DNA from: a virus
Lineage: Duplodnaviria; Heunggongvirae; Uroviricota; Caudoviricetes
Length of the DNA stretch: 5,635 nucleotides
Strand: one strand, 5' to 3'
Virus record (IMG/VR): IMGVR_UViG_2778261642_000001
Part shown: positions 1 through 5,635 of the stretch, piece by piece
Layout of the letters: every line of letters starts with the position of its first letter
Position numbering within the stretch: the stretch's first letter is position 1
Notes under the pieces: generated by a model
Database searches by the model: none
The model's input: only the letters and a program-made list of their open reading frames with translations
Told to the model about the DNA's origin: nothing
Translations under genes and position numbers: made by a program

Positions 1-3022
<3,022 letters not shown>

Positions 3023-3027
3023 TCATG

Positions 3028-3031
3028 CTCC
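3028..3031 (-). promoter_or_regulatory. Shine-Dalgarno (GGAG) for J
   Basis: Minus-strand GGAG followed by an 8-nt spacer (catgacga) and the J ATG at 3019. Confidence 0.6.
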
Positions 3032-3041
3032 ATAAACGACA

Positions 3042-3061
3042 AAACCGCCCGGAGGCGGTTT
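3042..3061 (-). terminator. Perfect 8-bp stem / 4-nt loop hairpin in the I-J intergenic region; possible weak intrinsic terminator or RNA-stability/processing element
   Basis: Plus strand reads aaaccgcc-cgga-ggcggttt. On the coding (minus) strand the stem is followed by UUUUGUCGUUUAU, a moderately U-rich tract. It sits 19 nt after the I stop and 22 nt before the J start. Confidence 0.4.
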
Positions 3062-3079
3062 CACATAAAACATTTTGCA

Positions 3080-3751
3080 TCAGCGACCAATCACCACAAC
3101 CTGACCACCGTCCCCTTCGTCTGCCGTGCTGATCTCCTGAGAAACCACCCGCGACCCCACACGCATTTCACCGTACAGAACAGGCAGAACATTGCCCTGA
3201 GCAACCATGTTATCCAGTGAGGAAAAATAGGTGTTCTGTTTGCCGTTATCCGTTGTCTGTGTACGGGGAGTTCTGGCTTTCGGTGCCAGCATCTGCGCCA
3301 CACCACCGAGCACCATACTGGCACCGAGAGAAAACAGGATGCCGGTCATACCACCGGCCCCAATGGCTGCCCCCCATGCTGCAAGGGTGGCTCCGGCAGT
3401 AAAGAATGATCCGGCAATGGCGGCAGCTCCCAGGACAATCTGGAATACACCACCTGACTTGGCCCCGGCGACTCTGGGAACAATATGAATCACAGCGCCA
3501 TCAGGCAGAGTCTCATGTAACTGCGCCGTTAATCCGGACGTGCTGACATCCCGCCCGGCAATCCGTACCTGATACCAGCCGCCGCTCAGTTTCTGACGAA
3601 ACGCCGGGAGCTGTGTGGCCAGTGCGCGGATGGCTTCAGCCCCCGTTTTCACACGAAGGTCGATGCGGCGGCCAAATCGTTGCAAATCCCCGTAAAGGCA
3701 GATGCGTGCCATTCCCGGTGACGCCAGAGGGAGTGTGTGCGTCGCTGCCAT
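3080..3751 (-). CDS. I: Tail tip assembly protein I (223 aa); N-terminal ubiquitin-like domain, C-terminal Gly/Ala-rich hydrophobic region
   Basis: ATG at 3751..3749, TGA at 3082..3080. Translation MAATHTLPLASPGMARICLYGDLQRFGRRIDLRV... matches lambda gpI in length and sequence as far as I recall. A GAGAGAGG SD-like purine run lies 11 nt upstream. Confidence 0.95.
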   Translation of the reverse strand: MAATHTLPLASPGMARICLYGDLQRFGRRIDLRVKTGAEAIRALATQLPAFRQKLSGGWYQVRIAGRDVSTSGLTAQLHETLPDGAVIHIVPRVAGAKSGGVFQIVLGAAAIAGSFFTAGATLAAWGAAIGAGGMTGILFSLGASMVLGGVAQMLAPKARTPRTQTTDNGKQNTYFSSLDNMVAQGNVLPVLYGEMRVGSRVVSQEISTADEGDGGQVVVIGR

Positions 3752-4392
3752 TTGTCGGTATACCTCTCTCGTTTACTCAGTTGTTCAGGAATATGGTGCA
3801 GCAGCTCGCCATCACCACAGTAAATGGCGGCATGATTCGGCACCGATGAACCAAAGCAGCACAGCAGCACGTCGCCAGGCTGCGCCTCTGTCAGTGCGAC
3901 ACGGTAAAAACCAGTCGCCTCCATATTGTCAAGATAGAGATTCTGACCGTTACGCCACCAGTCATCCCCGCGATGAAAATCCGGCATCTCAATCCCCGCC
4001 AGATGATAAGCATCCCGGAACAGCGTGTAACAGTCCGTCACCCCGTGCTCAAAGCGACGCCCGGTGAGATGCGGCACACAGCGGAACTTGTGAATCGCCC
4101 CCCGGCAGACCAGCCACCACGGCAAATCACTCTGCACCTGCAGCCGCCGGTCAGCCTCACTCAGCCAGGGCAGACCACCGGGATGACTGTGGACCAGTGC
4201 CACAATCTCACCCTGCATCTCTGCCTGCAGCCAGTCCTCCGGAGCCATCCGGAAATAATCCTCCGGCTCACCGGAAATATTCACGCAGGGGAAATATCTT
4301 TCCCCCTCCGGCGCTCTCACCACGAAGCCGCACGACTCCGCTGGCGCACATCGCCGGGCGTGCGCCAGAATCGCTGATTCTGTCTCTGTCAT
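3649..4392 (-). CDS. K: Tail tip assembly protein K (247 aa from this ATG); N-terminal JAMM/MPN (Mov34) metalloprotease-like domain plus C-terminal NlpC/P60 cysteine peptidase-like domain
   Basis: ATG at 4392..4390 (MTETESAILAHARRC...), TGA at 3651..3649. JAMM motif H-x-H-x7-S-x2-D is present as HSHPGGLPWLSEAD (residues 68-81). NlpC/P60-like catalytic residues are C121 (GVTDCYTLF), H187 (VPNHAAIY) and H199 (GELLHH). The start is uncertain: in-frame alternatives are TTG at 4434 and ATG at 4248 (M49, with GGAGG 11 nt upstream). Confidence 0.88.
   Translation of the reverse strand: MTETESAILAHARRCAPAESCGFVVRAPEGERYFPCVNISGEPEDYFRMAPEDWLQAEMQGEIVALVHSHPGGLPWLSEADRRLQVQSDLPWWLVCRGAIHKFRCVPHLTGRRFEHGVTDCYTLFRDAYHLAGIEMPDFHRGDDWWRNGQNLYLDNMEATGFYRVALTEAQPGDVLLCCFGSSVPNHAAIYCGDGELLHHIPEQLSKRERYTDKWQRRTHSLWRHREWHASAFTGICNDLAAASTFV
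3763..3770 (-). promoter_or_regulatory. Shine-Dalgarno-like purine run (GAGAGAGG) for I, located inside the 3' end of K
   Basis: Minus-strand GAGAGAGG with an 11-nt spacer to the I ATG at 3751. Confidence 0.45.
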
Positions 4393-4396
4393 GGGA

Positions 4397-5095
4397 TTAC
4401 TGCGAAAGTTTGTTAATGGAAAGGAAGCCGCCAAAGTTGCCGACGTTATTGCGAAACTTACAGCCGCTCAGGCATTTGCTGCATTTATCCTTCGTGATAT
4501 CGGACGTCGGCTGGTCATATTCATCCGCGACCGCCGGACCGCTATAACCGCACTCATCGCCGCGATAGGTCCAGGTGCAGGTGTTGGCCAGCATGATACG
4601 CCCCGGAAAAACAGAGCCATCCGTTTCAGTCGGTGTGGACAGTACAAAAGAGGCACTCACCGCGCTCAGTTCGCTGCACTGCTCAATGCGCCAGCGGCTG
4701 ATCACCTCCTGCTCCGGATCGGCGCCACTGTTTCCGTTGACGAAGTTCACCGCATCCAGAAAACGGGCGTAAACCTTACGCCGGACCACCGTTCCACCGA
4801 CCAGACTCTGCAGATCTTCCGCCATCCCGGTGACCATACCGTACAGGTTAGAAACCGTCAGTGTGGGGCGCGTACTGGTGCCTTTGCCATTCAGTTCAAA
4901 ACCACTCCCCTGAATGGGATACGGCTGATACTGTCGCCCCTGCCAGGTGACCGGCTCACCTTTTTCGTTCTGCTCATTACAGAAAAAATAACGTTCTCCA
5001 CCGACCTCTGTCAGGTCGATTTCCCAGAGCACCACGCTGGCCGACTGCTCCGCACGGGTGCATTCATTCAGTGTTTCCTGCCGGATATCCTGCAT
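4397..5095 (-). CDS. L: Tail tip assembly protein L (232 aa); C-terminal cysteine cluster consistent with the reported iron-sulfur cluster of gpL
   Basis: ATG at 5095..5093 shares one nucleotide with the M stop (TGATG). TAA at 4399..4397. Translation MQDIRQETLNECTRAEQSASVVLWEIDLTEVGGERYFFCNEQNEKGEP... ends KDKCSKCLSGCKFRNNVGNFGGFLSINKLSQ, matching lambda gpL. AGGTGG lies upstream of the start. Confidence 0.95.
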   Translation of the reverse strand: MQDIRQETLNECTRAEQSASVVLWEIDLTEVGGERYFFCNEQNEKGEPVTWQGRQYQPYPIQGSGFELNGKGTSTRPTLTVSNLYGMVTGMAEDLQSLVGGTVVRRKVYARFLDAVNFVNGNSGADPEQEVISRWRIEQCSELSAVSASFVLSTPTETDGSVFPGRIMLANTCTWTYRGDECGYSGPAVADEYDQPTSDITKDKCSKCLSGCKFRNNVGNFGGFLSINKLSQ

Positions 5096-5424
5096 CAGTT
5101 CACCACCTGTTCAAACTCTGCGCTGAACTCAACACGCAGCATACTGACCCGCGACGACCATTTTGCGCAGGTCACCTTTATCTGCCGCCACTCATAAGGC
5201 GGCGTCCACAGAAAGGCTTTCCAGCCCCCGTGCTCAGCCAGAAACGACTCCAGCGCCGTGGCCTCCCAACGGGGAACAGAAAGCGTCACGCTGTACGTTT
5301 TCAGGTCGGCATTCAGCCCGGCAGGCGCTCGCTGGGAATAGCCATCACCAAAGCGCACTTTCCTGACGGAAGGGGCCGAAGCCACATCCATACCGGGTTT
5401 CACTTTCCAGCGGAAGGTCTTCAT
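5095..5424 (-). CDS. M: Tail tip assembly protein M (109 aa)
   Basis: ATG at 5424..5422 overlaps the H stop (ATGA). TGA at 5097..5095. Translation MKTFRWKVKPGMDVASAPSVRKVRFGDGYSQRAPAGLNADLKTYSVTLSVPRWEATALESFLAEHGGWKAFLWTPPYEWRQIKVTCAKWSSRVSMLRVEFSAEFEQVVN has the same length and sequence as lambda gpM as recalled. Strong SD GGAGGTGG lies 6 nt upstream. Confidence 0.95.
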   Translation of the reverse strand: MKTFRWKVKPGMDVASAPSVRKVRFGDGYSQRAPAGLNADLKTYSVTLSVPRWEATALESFLAEHGGWKAFLWTPPYEWRQIKVTCAKWSSRVSMLRVEFSAEFEQVVN

Positions 5425-5635
5425 CGTCCACCTCCGGAGAACAGACCACCATCGCGCATCTGTGCCTGAATTTCATCACGGGCACCCTTGCGGGCCATGT
5501 CATACACTGCCTTCATCATCTGTGGACCTGGCAGACCATTCGTACCGTCGTTCTGAATCACCACGTTGTTGTTCTGCTCAAACCTGATACCCTCTGAACG
5601 CCGCATTTGCGCCGGACTTCCGGTGCCACCGACAT
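5421..5635 (-). CDS. H: Tail tape measure protein H, C-terminal ~71 codons only (5' part of gene lies beyond window end)
   Basis: The minus-strand frame is open from the window edge and reads ...VGGTGSPAQMRRSEGIRFEQNNNVVIQNDGTNGLPGPQMMKAVYDMARKGARDEIQAQMRDGGLFSGGGR then TGA at 5423..5421. The ATGA overlap with M is typical of the lambda H-M junction. Assignment rests on position in the H-M-L-K-I-J order; I recall the H C-terminus less precisely. Confidence 0.85.
   Translation of the reverse strand, partial: VGGTGSPAQMRRSEGIRFEQNNNVVIQNDGTNGLPGPQMMKAVYDMARKGARDEIQAQMRDGGLFSGGGR
5428..5435 (-). promoter_or_regulatory. Shine-Dalgarno (GGAGGTGG) for M, embedded in the 3' end of H
   Basis: Minus-strand GGAGGTGG with a 6-nt spacer before the M ATG at 5424. 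Confidence 0.65.

Noticed and set aside
3649-3751. Possible programmed -1 frameshift fusing K to I across their 103-nt overlap
   Set aside because: I is in the -1 frame relative to K, so a fusion is geometrically possible. However I found no X-XXY-YYZ slippery heptamer in the K frame of the overlap, and I has its own ATG and SD-like sequence. The overlap is better explained as compact gene packing.
4392-4434. TTG at 4434 as the K start (261-aa ORF in the track)
   Set aside because: It is a non-ATG start buried 38 nt inside L with no SD, and the extra 14 residues (MAASFPLTNFRSNP) have no counterpart I recognise. The ATG at 4392 (MTETES...) is the more plausible start, though this is unverified.
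3217-5469. Plus-strand ORFs antisense to I, K, L and M (e.g. 3231..3488, 3702..4067, 3973..4377, 4197..4547, 4391..5197, 5071..5469)
   Set aside because: Each overlaps a confidently identified minus-strand gene on the opposite strand, has no convincing ribosome-binding site and reads as biased, Arg/Pro-rich sequence. Minus-strand ORFs 3091..3324 and 4468..4656 are alternative frames inside I and L and are rejected for the same reason.

Overview
The whole window is the tail-tip assembly module of phage lambda or a near-identical lambdoid prophage, with every gene on the minus strand in canonical order: H (3' end only), M, L, K, I, then J (first ~1006 codons, running off the window start). Translations read directly from the sequence match what I recall of lambda gpJ, gpI, gpK, gpL and gpM; this identification is from memory, not a database search. 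Gene junctions are extremely tight (H/M share ATGA, M/L share TGATG, L-K gap 4 nt, K/I overlap 103 nt out of frame, I-J gap 61 nt), so there is no room for an inserted moron, defence cassette or other accessory gene. I therefore find no evidence of a previously undescribed system. The points worth a second look are smaller: the K start site, the paired K protease-like domains with ubiquitin-like I, the I hydrophobic tail, and a perfect hairpin between I and J. All plus-strand ORFs in the track are antisense to these genes and I judge them spurious.
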